Shown here: positions 13,215 to 25,357 of the stretch, piece after piece
Layout of the letters: the number at the start of each line of letters is the position of its first letter
How positions within the stretch are numbered: the stretch's first letter is position 1
Origin: Octopus vulgaris
Taxonomy: Eukaryota
Direction: 5' to 3'
DNA: 64,000 nt
NCBI GenBank assembly: GCA_951406725.2
Contig: OX597833.1
Location: 16,368,001 to 16,432,000, forward strand
Translations under genes and position numbers: made by a program
Notes under the pieces: model-generated
What the model was told of the DNA's origin: nothing
The model's database searches: none
Seen by the model: only the letters and a program-made list of their open reading frames with translations

Positions 13215-13985
13215 AGGCGCGGCTTTATGGAAGATAAGAAGCTTGCTTCTTCTCAACCACACGGTTCCGGGTTCAGTCTCACTACGTGGCGGCACCTTGG
13301 AAAAGTGTCTTTCAACATAGTTCCGGATCGACAAGTAAGTGGATTCGGTAAACGGAAACTATGGAAAGTCCATAGCATGTGTTCGTGTGTGCGAGCGCTT
13401 ATCTCCCATCTCCGCTTGACAATCGGTGTTCTAGTTTGTTTACGAATCCGTAACATAGCGGTTCGACAAAACAGGTCGATAAAATAAGTACCAGACTTTA
13501 TAAAGGAGTAGGGTCGCTCTTCAAGGCGGTGCCCCAGCATGACCGCAGTCCAATCACAGAAACTAATAAAAGATAAGCGATAACATCACTTCCTCACACT
13601 ATCGCTCATCATTTACTTGTTTCAGTCATTAGACTGCGGCCATGCTTGGGCACTCGCCCTGAAGAATCTTAGTAGAATGAATCAACTCCAGTACTTAAAT
13701 TTCTTTTCAAGCCTAGTATTTTGTCCATCGGTCTCTTACCGAACCAGTAAGTCACAGGGACGTAAACATACCAACACCGGTTGTCAAGCGGTGATAGGGA
13801 GCAAACAAAGACACACACACACGCTGGACTTCTTTCAGTTTCCGCCTACCAAATCTACTCAACGCTTTAGTCAGCCTGAGGCTATAGTGGAAGACACTTG
13901 CCCAAGGTGCCACGCAGTGGGACTGAACTCTGGACCATGTTGTTAGGAAGTAAACTTCTTACCATACAGTCACGTCTGTGCCTAT
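13215..13985. mobile_element. Two convergent degenerate family A SINEs (13215-13580 +, 13612-13985 -)
   Basis: Consensus match in opposite orientations. Confidence 0.7.
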
Positions 13986-14460
13986 GTATATTTTTATTTC
14001 TGTAGCTGGTTTTCTACTTTTTCCTGCTAGTTTTCTAAAGGAGACGAGGTTTTGTTTACCTAAACACCCACTTTCGAACAAGGAAGTGAATTTAAATTGG
14101 CAAAATCGTCGAATCAAGAAACACACATTACCAGATTAGCATAGATAGATAGACTCTAAGGTTAATGTCAAATAACTGACGAATTCGAACAGAGCAAGGC
14201 TTATCTTCTGAGGAAGAGAGGAATTTACCAGGAGGCCGAGTAAATTCGTTTCCATTAGATCGCAGACACACACGTGTGTGTGTTTGTGTGTGTATGGAAA
14301 GTGAGTTAGGGTGAGGTTTAGAAATACCTACACACAGACATAAACAAGAACCACATACATATATGTAGGAGAAAAAAAGCAATATTTAAAGCCTACCATA
14401 AACAGATACCACACAGATAGGCTAAGATATACAGAGCAACTACGTGTGTGTGTGTGTGTG

Positions 14461-14498
<38 letters not shown>

Positions 14499-14507
14499 GT
14501 GTATGTA

Positions 14508-14905
14508 TTTTACTCTTTTACTTGTTTCAGTCATTTGACTGCTACCATGCTGGAGCACCACCTTTAGTCGAGCAAATCGACCCCGGGACTTGTTCTTTTG
14601 TAAGCACAGTACTTATTCTATCGGTCTCTTTTGCCGAACCGCTAAGTAACGGGGACATAAACACACCAGCATCGGTTGTCAAGCAATGCTAGGGAGACAA
14701 ACACAGACACACACGCATATATATATATATACATATATACGACAGGCTTCTTTCAGTTTCCGTCTACCAAATCCACTCACAAGGCATTGGTCGGCCCGAG
14801 GCTTATAGCAGAAGACACTTGCCCAATATGCCACGCAGTGGGACTGAACCCGGAACCATGTGGTTGGTAGGCAAGCTACTTACCACACAGCCACTCCTGC
14901 GCCTA
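14508..14905 (-). mobile_element. SINE family A, full length
   Basis: Consensus match. Confidence 0.88.
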
Positions 14906-16037
14906 TATATGTATAATATGTAGTATAAAAGAAGGCGATATTACAGACACACAAACAGAAATCGCATCTATGGTGTGTAGTGTATGAGAAAGCAATATTT
15001 GCAAACATCGAGGAAGAGGAGGAGGTGGAGGTGGATGAAGGGGAGGAGATGGAAGCGCAATTATATTTCTGAAGCGCAATAGGATTGTTGTTATGGCAGA
15101 GTGGCTTTATTAAAGGATGAGGGGGGGGTGAGAGCCGAGCAGATTATATGAAGCGAGGCAGAAGGCGATGACTGGAGGGAGAGAAAAAAAATATATAAGG
15201 GAGAAGTAGAATGAAAGAATGATTCATTTTTTCTGGAAGTGAATGAGTGAATGTGTGTGTGTGTGTGGTGGAGGAGAGAGAGAGAGGGAGGGAGGGAGAC
15301 GTTTGATATCAAACGAGGGAAAATAGAGGGAAATAGAATGGGAATTAGAGCCACAGAGGTGAAGGAAAAAAAAAGAGGGAGAAATATAGGAGAGAGAGAG
15401 AAAAGGCGCTAAAGTAATGATGAATAAAAAAAAAAGGATCATCGATCTAATGAAAGAGAGAGAGTGGGAGTATAATGTGCATGAAAGACGGAGGAAGCGA
15501 AGAGAAAGACAGAAGCATTAATGGAGAGAGAGAGAGAGAGAGAGAGAAAGAAAGAGAGGATGAATGAGTGACAGAAGAGAGATAGGATGAGAGTGAGAAG
15601 AGAATAATGTAGAGGGAGGAAGAGCAAGGAGGGGGGGAATTAGTGTAAGAGAGAGATGGATTGATAGCGGGAAAGAAAAATAGTAATCGAAGGAATTAGG
15701 AAAGATATATAAGGCTGAGAAAGAGAAAGATGTGGTACACGAAAAGGAAAAAAAAAAAAAGAAGAGGGAATTTCGAAGGAAGCTTAAGCTCCTTTGAAGA
15801 TCGATGCGCGCGTGTGTAGAAAGGTATGAGTAATTAATGAATGTTTGTGTTTTAGGTCAGGTATAAGGGAAAGATAAGCAATAAGTTGGGAATAGAATCC
15901 AATCTTGCAGGAAAGGTGAAAGAAAAGTTGTAGAGAAATAAAAGAAGAAGAGAGGAAGAAAAATTAAACAGAAAATGGTTCAGAAGGGATTTAATTAAAC
16001 TAGAGCACTTCGTAATTTTGAGTTACCATCGGATATA

Positions 16038-16572
16038 TTTCTTTATTACCCACAAGGGGCTAAACACAGAGGGGACAAACAAGGACAGACAAAGGGATTA
16101 AGTCGATTACATCGACCCCCCCAGTGCGTAACTGGTACTTAATTTATCGACCCCGAAAGGATGAAAGGTAAAGTCGACCTCGGCGGAATTTGAACACAGA
16201 ACGTAGCGGCAGAGGAAATACCTATTTCTTTACTACCCACAAGGGGCTAAACACAGAGGGGACAAACAAGGACAGACAAAGGGATTAAGTCGATTACATC
16301 GACCCCCAGTGCGTAACTGGTACTTAATTTATCGACCTCCGAAAGGATGAAAGGCAAAGTCGACCTCGGCGGAATTTGAACACAGAACGTTAGCGGCAGA
16401 GGAAATACCTATTTCTATTTCTTTACTACCCATAAGGGGCTAAACACAGAGGGGACAAACAAGGACAGACAAAGGGATTAAGTCGATTACATCGACCCCC
16501 AGTGCGTAACTGGTACTTAATTTATCGACCTCCGAAAGGATGAAAGGCAAAGTCGACCTCGGCGGAATTTGA
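16038..16572 (-). mobile_element. SINE family B, tandem trimer
   Basis: Three ~190-bp head-to-tail units; flanked by the direct repeat gagttaccatcg. Confidence 0.8.
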
Positions 16573-17867
16573 GAGTTACCATCGTATATAGATGACGTTA
16601 GAGCGGATTTAAAATGTGATGGTATGATGGTATAGAGTGGTCGCGTAAATGTATGGGGGGGGTAGACGGTGGTTGTATATATTCAAAGGGTTTATAGAAA
16701 AAAAAAAAGGTGAAAACCTAGAAAGAAAAATAACCATTTTCCCCTCCACTCCTGCCGAACCAGAGGAAGGATAGAGCGGATTTAAAATGTGATGGTATGA
16801 TGGTACCGAGTGGTCGCGGAATGTATTGGGGTAAGTAGTGGTTGTATATATTCCAAGTGTTTATAGAAAATTTTTAAAAAATTAAAAACTGAAAAACCCT
16901 AGAAAGAAAAATAACCATTCTCCCCTCCACTCCACTCCTGCCGAACCAGACGAAGGATCCTACAGCGCGGACGCACACAACTTCATAAGCAAAACAGGTT
17001 AGGCATTAGAAGTAGAATCGGGTTTTTTGATATAAAGCTAATAAATACGCCAAGCGAAAGATAGAATCTCCTCCAAGACCTAAAAGGTAAAAATGGATCC
17101 GAGGCGGGATCGAAATCCGAAATCGTGGACGGAAAACAAAATAGCTGTGAGCATTTTAGACCGGTACTCCATTATCTCCGCCATTTCAAATTTTTTCTCT
17201 TATAATTCTTGTTAAACTACTTTTTTAATATTATTTCATAGAAGTTAAAAATTATATATATATCCATAGATAAATAGGTACTTTATAAATACGTCGTCTG
17301 AGTACTACTATGTATATAAAGTGATTCGTGAACGTACATAATTTCAAGTTGTATTTTTTTTAGTTCGAGATATGAAGACTCGTCGAAGCCCAGTGTCCAG
17401 TTATGTTGGTGAAATTAAGCGATAATTAAGAATCAGATATCTAAAATTAGAACTGCAAACAGATCGATAGAGAAAATAAAGTCTCTGGCATTGTCCATGC
17501 CTTCTTACTGCTAAAACTGAAATAATTCTCATAGAAAAATATTAAGTCAACCAACACAACTTTCTCCCATATCCGCTTGTAACATCAATACCATGTATCG
17601 ATGCGCAAGAACACGTATATATGTCATATATATATACATACACACATATATATACCGTTTTATATAGCCATACATGTATATACACGCACATAGTCACTTA
17701 TTCTAGGTACAATGAATGCAGAATGTTGTAAAAAAAAAGTTAGGAAACGAAAGAAAATGTTAAATCAGCGACCATTCAAATATAAATTGGAACACGCGTA
17801 CGAAATAATAGACAGGCTATAGATTTTTTTTTTCTTTCTGGGTAACCCCAAAAAAACGAAAACTTAC

Positions 17868-17936
17868 CTCCCAAGCATTGTAAAATTTCTTCATACGTCT
17901 GAAAAAAGCATCTTTATCCACTTTGAGGTTAGCCAT
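17868..17936 (-). CDS. SUPT16H: FACT complex subunit SPT16, exon 1 (start codon)
   Basis: ATG...GAG|GTAAGT, 69 nt; translates MANLKVDKDAFFRRMKKFYNAWE, matching the SPT16 N-terminus (human [22 protein letters not shown]); phase 0, in frame with exon 2. Confidence 0.93.
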
Positions 17937-18110
17937 TATTTAAGCTGGTGTTATTTTTCCAAAGCAGATAGAGAGAAAAAAAAAACTTCAAAGAGGTTTA
18001 AGTAAGATATATACAGGAAAAAAAAGGCGACGGGGGCAAAAAAGCAGGGCAGCAGGCAGTGAACTGCCGCACAAGGGGGGAAAATGGCGCGAGTTTACTC
18101 TGCTCACGCC
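17937..18110 (-). promoter_or_regulatory. Probable SPT16 5' UTR and core promoter with YY1-type motif
   Basis: GC/CpG-richer unique stretch; AAAATGGCG at 18081-18089 followed on the - strand by a pyrimidine-rich leader. Confidence 0.5.
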
Positions 18111-18735
18111 TGATTGTGTTGTTTAGTTCTCTATCTCACAACACAGGAGAGTTCTCTTCCTGTTCCTTCTTGTCCCCAATGCCAACCACATTTTTTTTTT
18201 GCTTTATTTCTTTTATTTCTTCGTTTTATCACTTAATCTTATCTCCTAAGTTGTGAAATGAAGGACATTAGACTCGGAACAACTGATAATTCAACTTTAA
18301 AACACAGTTGTTATAAAATTTTCCTTGTTTCTTATTAAGTTTTTGTAAGGCGGCAAGCCAACAAAATCGTTACCGCGCCGCACAAAATTGCTCAGCGGCA
18401 TCGCTTCCGGTTCTTTACATTCTGAGTTCAAATGCAGCCGAGGTCGGCCATGCCTTTCATCCCTTCAGGGGTCGATAAAATGAATACCAGTTGAGTTCTG
18501 AGATCGATATAATCGATTTTACCACTTCTCAGAATTGCTTTATCTTGTCCCAAAACAAGAAACAAATACAGGGTACATAAATATGTGTCTGACCCCTGTA
18601 ACACTTTGACGATGTTGATATTGTAATGTAGGGGCTGATGGTCCTTCTTTTATTTCAAACACCCACGACCCAAGGGAACCAGTGCGGAATGGATTCCACC
18701 TTCCGTGACGGGTCGAGTCGCAGGCGAGTCATTTT

Positions 18736-18758
18736 CAAAATGGCCGCCATACCACGTG
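18736..18758. promoter_or_regulatory. Overlapping YY1-like motifs plus E-box
   Basis: caaaatggccgccat followed by cacgtg in a CpG-rich patch 0.8 kb upstream of the SPT16 ATG. Confidence 0.3.
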
Positions 18759-19009
18759 AATCGTCAACACAATAAAATACGGGAGAGGTGCTGTGTCCCC
18801 CTCTCTCTATCTATCTTTCTTCCTTTCTCACTTTCTCGCTCTCTCTCCTTCTCTCTATTATCTCCCTATCTATCTGTCTCTCTCTATGTCTATGTCCTCT
18901 TTCTCTTTCTGTCAGTTTAAACTTTCGTTTATTTTTTCCTCTCAATGTACACAATTACACGCGCGCGCTTTTATACACATACAACACTAAACAGATATAG
19001 CTATTTATG

Positions 19010-19152
19010 TAGGTATATATATAAATATATATATATATAGTGTGTATATTTATATATAGTGTGTATATATATATAGTGTATATATATATATATATGTGTG
19101 TATGTTTATATATATATGTACGTATATATATATGTGTGTGTGTATGTATATA

Positions 19153-19189
<37 letters not shown>

Positions 19190-19193
19190 CTGT

Positions 19194-19224
<31 letters not shown>

Positions 19225-19350
19225 TATGTATATATATGTGTGTGTGTATGTATATATATATGTGTGTGTGTATGTATATATATATATTTGTATGTGTATA
19301 TATATGTGTGTGTATGTATATATATATTCGTGCGTGTGCGTGTATATATA
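19010..19350. repeat. (TA)/(TG) compound microsatellite
   Basis: Direct reading. Confidence 0.9.
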
Positions 19351-20229
19351 TCGTTTAATTTTGATTTCGGAAAAGAGTATTCAGTACCAGAGTAGTAATT
19401 AATAGTATGTTATTTTGGGTCAAATTAGTCGCTACTCTGAGTTTCACAATTAAACGGATAACTTTATATAATATATATATATATATAGAGAGAGAGAAAG
19501 ACATACATACATATTCACACATGTTTATTGTATAACACACTCCGGCCTAATTATCTCATTAGCCTTCCTCTTTCTCTCTCTCTCTCTCTAGACCCACAAA
19601 AAAGAGACAAGTCTCCTGTGATCAGTAAAAAAAAAACCATGTTTAGATTTACGATTTCACAACTCTAGTATCTCTCAGAGAGAAGCACGAATGTCACACA
19701 ATGTCATTCTTCGTCTGCTCCTTTTTACTTTTAGCTTATATAACAAAAATCTTTCACTTCCTCTCTTTTAATTCCCTAATTCTTTCTCTCTATCTCTCTC
19801 GCAGACTCCACTACTTCAACATTCATTCTTACACATTCTTCTACATACATCTACCATTTTCTCTTTATTTTAGTTTCCTCTTTCCATCCCAGTTTCTTTT
19901 CCTCCCTTCACGTATCATCCATCCTCTTGGCTATTCCATATTTAATACTTTCCCTTCCTCGCTTCCTTCTACTCGCTCTCATTTTCTCCCGCCTTTTCTC
20001 TGCCATCAAACGCTTCCTATCTCCGTCTCTCTCTCTCTCTCTTTCTTTCATTCTTTCAACTCTGATATTTTCGTTTTGATACAAACACCTTTCCCTCCCC
20101 CCTCCCGCTCTCTTTCTCTCCCTATCTGCTTTCCACTCTCTCTTTCTCCCTTTGTTGCTCCCTCTCTCTCCCTCAGTCTCTTTCTGCACCTCTCAGTCTT
20201 TGTCTCTTATTTTCTTCGTCGCTAACTCC

Positions 20230-20510
20230 CATTCTCTCTCTTTCCCTCTCCTTCCTCTCTTTCACTAACTTGTTTTCGTTCTCGTTCTCTCTATCTCTCT
20301 GCATGTCTCTCTCTCTGTATACCTCTCTCTCTCTGTATCCTCTCTCTCTATCCTCTCTTCTCTATCCTCTCTCTCTCTCTCTCTGTATACCTCTCTCTCT
20401 CTCTATCCTCTCTTCTCTCTCTATCCTCTCTTCTCTCTATCCTCTCTTCTCTCTCTCTCTATCCTCTCTTTTTGTATGTCTCTCTCTCTCTCTCTATCCT
20501 CTCTCTCTGT
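20230..20510. repeat. (CT)n-rich low-complexity tract
   Basis: Direct reading. Confidence 0.85.
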
Positions 20511-21004
20511 ATCACTTTAACTTTACTTTCTCTCCTCATCCTTTTACTCGACGACTTACTATCTCAACCAAAGAGTCGCTAGAAATAGCAACCAAATCAC
20601 ATTGAATATTATTGAATATTATACTTATATTACGCTGGATGCACATTACACTCTGTCTGCAAAACAGAAAAGACACGATTATATTACAACTGGAGATCAA
20701 CGGTCAATAATCGTTTCTCTCCATTTCGAACAACAGAAGTGCTGAGTTTCGATCACTCGGCGTAGAACAAGTATTCCAAGGGACTTAATTCGGGGAACAC
20801 CGGTTTCCTCACCCATGTTTACATTCTTCGCCAATATCCATTTTGTATCTTTTACTCGCTTCAGTCATTGGACTGCGGCCATGCTGGAGTCCTACTGGGA
20901 AGGGTTTTATGGGGCTAATGCAGAAAAATGCATTTTTTTTTTTTTTTTAAACTATTTTTTCGTTTTAGATGGCGGAGATTATGAATATGCAAAAAAAAAT
21001 ATTT

Positions 21005-21147
21005 GGTAATCTTTCGTCTCTAGTAGACATTTCCGTCAATTTCCGTAAAAAAAATTTTTTAAAGTTCCCGCAAGCCCATATGTAAAAAAAAAGAAAAATT
21101 TTTTTACGGAATTCGACGGAAAGGTCTACTAGAGACGAAAGATCGCC
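21005..21147. mobile_element. Internally deleted GG-ended MITE
   Basis: Same TIR as 12594-13020; TSD aaaatattt on both sides. Confidence 0.75.
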
Positions 21148-21164
21148 AAAATATTTTTTATTTC

Positions 21165-21439
21165 GGTACTATTTAAGAAGAGTGTTCCCGGTGCGCGCAC
21201 TCGCGTACTCGCGCATCCGCGCTAGCTAGTCGTGACTAGTCGATCCTTACTTTGTGTTTTTTGTTTTATTTACTTTATTTTAAAAAATTATTTATTTTCT
21301 GTTTTTGTGTTTTATTTACTTTGTTTTCAAAAAATCATTTATTTTGTGTTTCATTTACTGCTAGGTAGTCATAGGATCGACTAGTCACGACTAGTTTGCG
21401 CGAGTGCGCGCACTGGGACCACCTTTCTTAAGTAGTACC
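21165..21439. mobile_element. GG-ended MITE (TIR ggtactatttaagaa)
   Basis: Imperfect TIRs of ~80 bp; same family as 8681-9306. Confidence 0.75.
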
Positions 21440-21497
21440 CTTCCTTGGAAGGTTTTGATCGAGCAAATTACACCCCAATACGTACGTTTTATGGGGC

Positions 21498-21924
21498 GGA
21501 GATCTTTCGTCTCTAGTAGACCTTTCCGTCGATTTCCGTAAAAACAAATTTTTTTTTACATATGGGCTTGCGGGAACTTTTGAAGTAATATACATACATA
21601 TACACATACACCGAGTAAAAGATTTCAGTTATCTCTTTCTTTCACACATTACTCTGTCTCTTCACACACACTAACAGAAGCACTTCACTTACACAACATA
21701 CTGTCTGTCTCCCACACCCATCAAACACACACGCACACACACACACATGTACATCAATGCTTGCCATGCACGGTAACTTCAAAAGAACTTCCCTCGTCAT
21801 AAAATGGTTTTCTCTTAGTCTCTTTCGCTCTCATTACTTCAAAAGTTCCCGCAAGCCCATATATAAAAAAAAAAAAAATTTTACGGAAATCGACGGAAAG
21901 GTCTACTAGAGACGAAAGATTGCC
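21498..21924. mobile_element. GG-ended MITE with 8-bp TSD
   Basis: TSD tatggggc at 21490-21497 and 21925-21932. Confidence 0.85.
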
Positions 21925-22344
21925 TATGGGGCTAATGCAGAATCGCACCTCTCCCTGAAAAATACATTTTTTTGAAAAACTATTTAATTATGCAAAAAAG
22001 AAAAATCCCCCCTCCCAATTTAAAAATTTGATTTTGTTTACTTTAAAGAGATTGTAGTGAATTGACGAACATATGCAAATCGAAATGAAATACAGACAAA
22101 AACATTAAGCTGAAAAGAATTTGAGTTTTACTTGTGTTTGCCTTAAATAATCGTAAATAATTGATTATAAATTAAATATACACCAGTTTATGAGAAACAA
22201 CCTTCAATGTTTAATAATCAATGTTTAATAAAGGGCTCAAAATTCACCCCCCCCCCCAATTTTAGATTTTGAACTTTCTCATCCATTTATTAATTTTTTC
22301 TATCTATTTATCCCTGTCCGTTTATTCATAAAATATATTTCATT

Positions 22345-22742
22345 TCTTTATTGCCCACAAGGAGCTAAACACAGAGGGGACAAACAAGGACAGACAAACG
22401 GATTAAGTCGATTACATCGACCCGAGTGCGTAACTGGTACTTATTTAATCGACCCCGAAAGGATGAAAGGCAAAGTCGACCTCAGCGGAATTTGAACTCA
22501 GAACGTAGCGGCAGACGAAATACCTATTTCTTACTACCCACATGGGGCTAAACACAGAGAGGACAAACGGATTAAGTCGATTATATCGACTCCAGTGCGT
22601 AACTGGTACTTATTTAATCAACCCCGAAAGGATGAAAGGCAAAGTCGACCTCAGCGAAATTTGAACTCAGAACGTAATGGCAGACGAAATACCGCTAAGC
22701 ATCTCGCCCGGCGTGCTAACGTTTCTGCCAGATGACCGCCTT
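22345..22742 (-). mobile_element. SINE family B dimer
   Basis: Consensus match, two units. Confidence 0.8.
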
Positions 22743-23383
22743 TTCATAAGATATATTTGTCAATTAAATGTGGAGATAGACATTCATATCTATCTCTTTA
22801 TACACATATCTTATATGCTTATTTAAAAGTAAACATGTATTCATTTTATTGCCTTCACAATGTTTAACCGTTTCATCAAATCAAACTAGAAAACTGGACG
22901 AAATAGAACACAATTGAATAAAATTAAAAAGAAGAGAAAAAGAAAAAAAAAGCCAAAACAATTCACCACCTTGGGTTGAAAAGTTTTGGGGCACTGGAAA
23001 ACCTCTGTAATGGCCAAGGTAGTTTTTTTGGGGAGCGGGGGTCGTTTTTCATTTTAATTTCTTCAATTGTGTTCTCTGTTTTGTCCAGTTTTCTAGTTTG
23101 ATTTTGTAAAACGGTAAACACTATGAAGGCAATAAAATGTACATGTTTACATTATAAAAAAAAACAGTATTTGGGATAAAAGTCTATATGCTTATTGAAT
23201 TAAAAATTTTAAAAACGTGGTTTCTTGCATATTCTAAGAAAAAGGGAAAAAAATTTCGCAAAAAGTTCAAAATTTTAAATTGAGCGGGGAGAGGTGAAAT
23301 AAAAAATTTTGTTATCTCCGACATCTAAAACATAGTAAACCGAAAACTTTTTCAAAAACATGCATTTTGTCAGTAGAGGCGCG

Positions 23384-24020
23384 GGATCTTTTCCTTTTGA
23401 ACGGCAGACAATTTCTAGTTAACTAAACACTTTAAAACTTCGTATACTGGTAGAATGTGTCATAATAAAACATTTTTTTCTTTTGGCTTTCTTGAGAAAA
23501 TTGTAATTTGTTTGTTTAACGTAGTTTAATTTTTCGAATTTTAACCAATCCTATGCTCTCTTTTGAGCTAAAATCATTTGCTACATCTAAAACTGAGACA
23601 ACATCTTGTAACTAACCCTAAACCTCCCCCTTAACCCTAACCCTAATTTTTTTTTTCTTAATTGTTAAATTAATTTAATTGTTACGCATGTAAAAAAAAC
23701 TAAAGCAATGGAATTAAATTAATTTAACAATTAAGAAAAAAATTAGGGTTAGGGTTAGGGGGAGGTTTAGGGTTAGTTACAGGATGTTGTCTCAGTTTTA
23801 GACGGAGCAAATGATTTTAGTTGAATGGAGGTAATCGATTGGTTAAAATTGCCGAAATGCTCGGATTTTCAGACGAAATATCTTACAAACTATAGAATTT
23901 TCTCAATAAAGCCAAGAGAAAATAATGTTTTATAAACACATTCTACCAGTATACGAAGTTTAAAAGTGTTTAGTTAACTAGAAATTGTGTTGACATCTGC
24001 CGTTCAAAAGGAAAAGATCC
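23384..24020. mobile_element. Foldback MITE with internal TTAGGG-like repeats
   Basis: TIR ggatcttttccttttgaacggcag; 8-bp TSD gaggcgcg. Confidence 0.85.
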
Positions 24021-24789
24021 GAGGCGCGATTCTACATTAGCCCCAGTTTTATTTTTGTCAATAATTTTTTATTTTTTATTCTGTCGGTACTTTTTGCCGA
24101 ACCGCTAAGTTATAGGGACATAAACAAACGAATTTTTGTTAACATACCTACAGAAGTGTACCCCCCGAAACACACACGCACACTTTAAAATTTCAAGTTT
24201 ATTTTGTAGATATAAATTTGTGGACGCCACCAATATTTTTCTTTTTGTTTCATATTAAATTCTGATATAGTCATAATCTACACCGGGTGAAAAATATTCG
24301 TAGAAAATTTCTTTCAAAAAATACCCTTTTTTTTTTCTGTAATAATAACTATTCTTGTATACTTCTTGCACTGAAGGTGCCACGCAGTGGAATGGAACCT
24401 GGAACCATACGGTTGGAAAGCAAGCTACCACACAGCCATGATTCTCTTTCAAATATTTCTCTTTTTACTTGTTTCAGTCATCAAACTGCTGGAGCACTGC
24501 TTTGAAGAATTTTAGTTGGAAGAAGTGACCCAGTACTTATTTTTTGAAAGCTTTGCACTTGTTCTTTCGGACCCTTTTGCCAAACCACTTAGTTAGGGGT
24601 CTTGAACACTCCAACACTGGTTATCGAGCACTGGTGGGGAACAAACGCAGATACAAACACTTGCACTGATAGCGTGGCTGTGTGGTAAGAAGCTTACTTC
24701 CCTACCACATGGTTCTGGGTTCAGTCCTACTGCATGGTACCTTGGGCAAATGTCTTTTAATATGGCCTCGGGTCATCCAAAGTGAATGT

Positions 24790-24915
24790 TTGGTACTTTA
24801 AATTGGAAAATTGTTTCAGCTGAACACTCTGGCATTAATGCAAACTTCTATCATCCTCAAGGTCCCACTGGTCAGTTTTTCTGGCCAAGAAATGATAATA
24901 TTTGTCAGATGAAAT
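24790..24915 (+). pseudogene. Possible DNA-transposon-derived protein fragment
   Basis: NFYHPQGPTGQFFWPRNDNIC resembles the HPxGP...FxWP...D(I/V)C motif I recall from invertebrate transposon ORFs; not verified. Confidence 0.3.
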
Positions 24916-25009
24916 GGTATTACCAGTTCGAATATGCCAGAGGCACATTTGAACTCGTAAACAAGCCATTCACTCTCTGTTGTCATGGTGAAAATTTCTC
25001 GCTGTAGAT

Positions 25010-25309
25010 CAGTGGTTCCCAAATTTTTTCGGGCTGCCGCCCCCTTGGCACCCAGCCCACATTCCGAGTGCCCCCACCCCAACTAACCATCACAAATATA
25101 GACCTCTTTCTGAAGCAAATTCAAAGCAACTGTATTTCACAAAGAAAGCTTAACCTAAAAAACCCATTATTTTGTTGTTTTTACATGAATTGCTACCCTA
25201 TTATCACCCCCACTTTTTAAATTAATCGCTACCCCACTTTTCTTCAATGCCCCCCTGGAACTTTCCACCATCACCAGGGGAGCAATAACACTCATTTTGG
25301 GAACCATTG
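25010..25309. mobile_element. hAT (Charlie-like) MITE, 300 bp
   Basis: TIR cagtggttcccaaa/tttgggaaccattg; perfect 8-bp TSD ctgtagat. Confidence 0.85.
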
Positions 25310-25357
25310 CTGTAGATGAATGATGTAAAAACACCTGAAATAGCTCGCTGTGCTGTG

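Noticed and set aside
17040-17190. Second promoter or RNA gene with a CGCCATTT motif
   Set aside because: On the - strand it resembles a decayed SINE B head.
19040-19402. Long ORFs over microsatellites (also 43362-44061, 46066-46802, 52262-53204)
   Set aside because: Translations of dinucleotide repeats.
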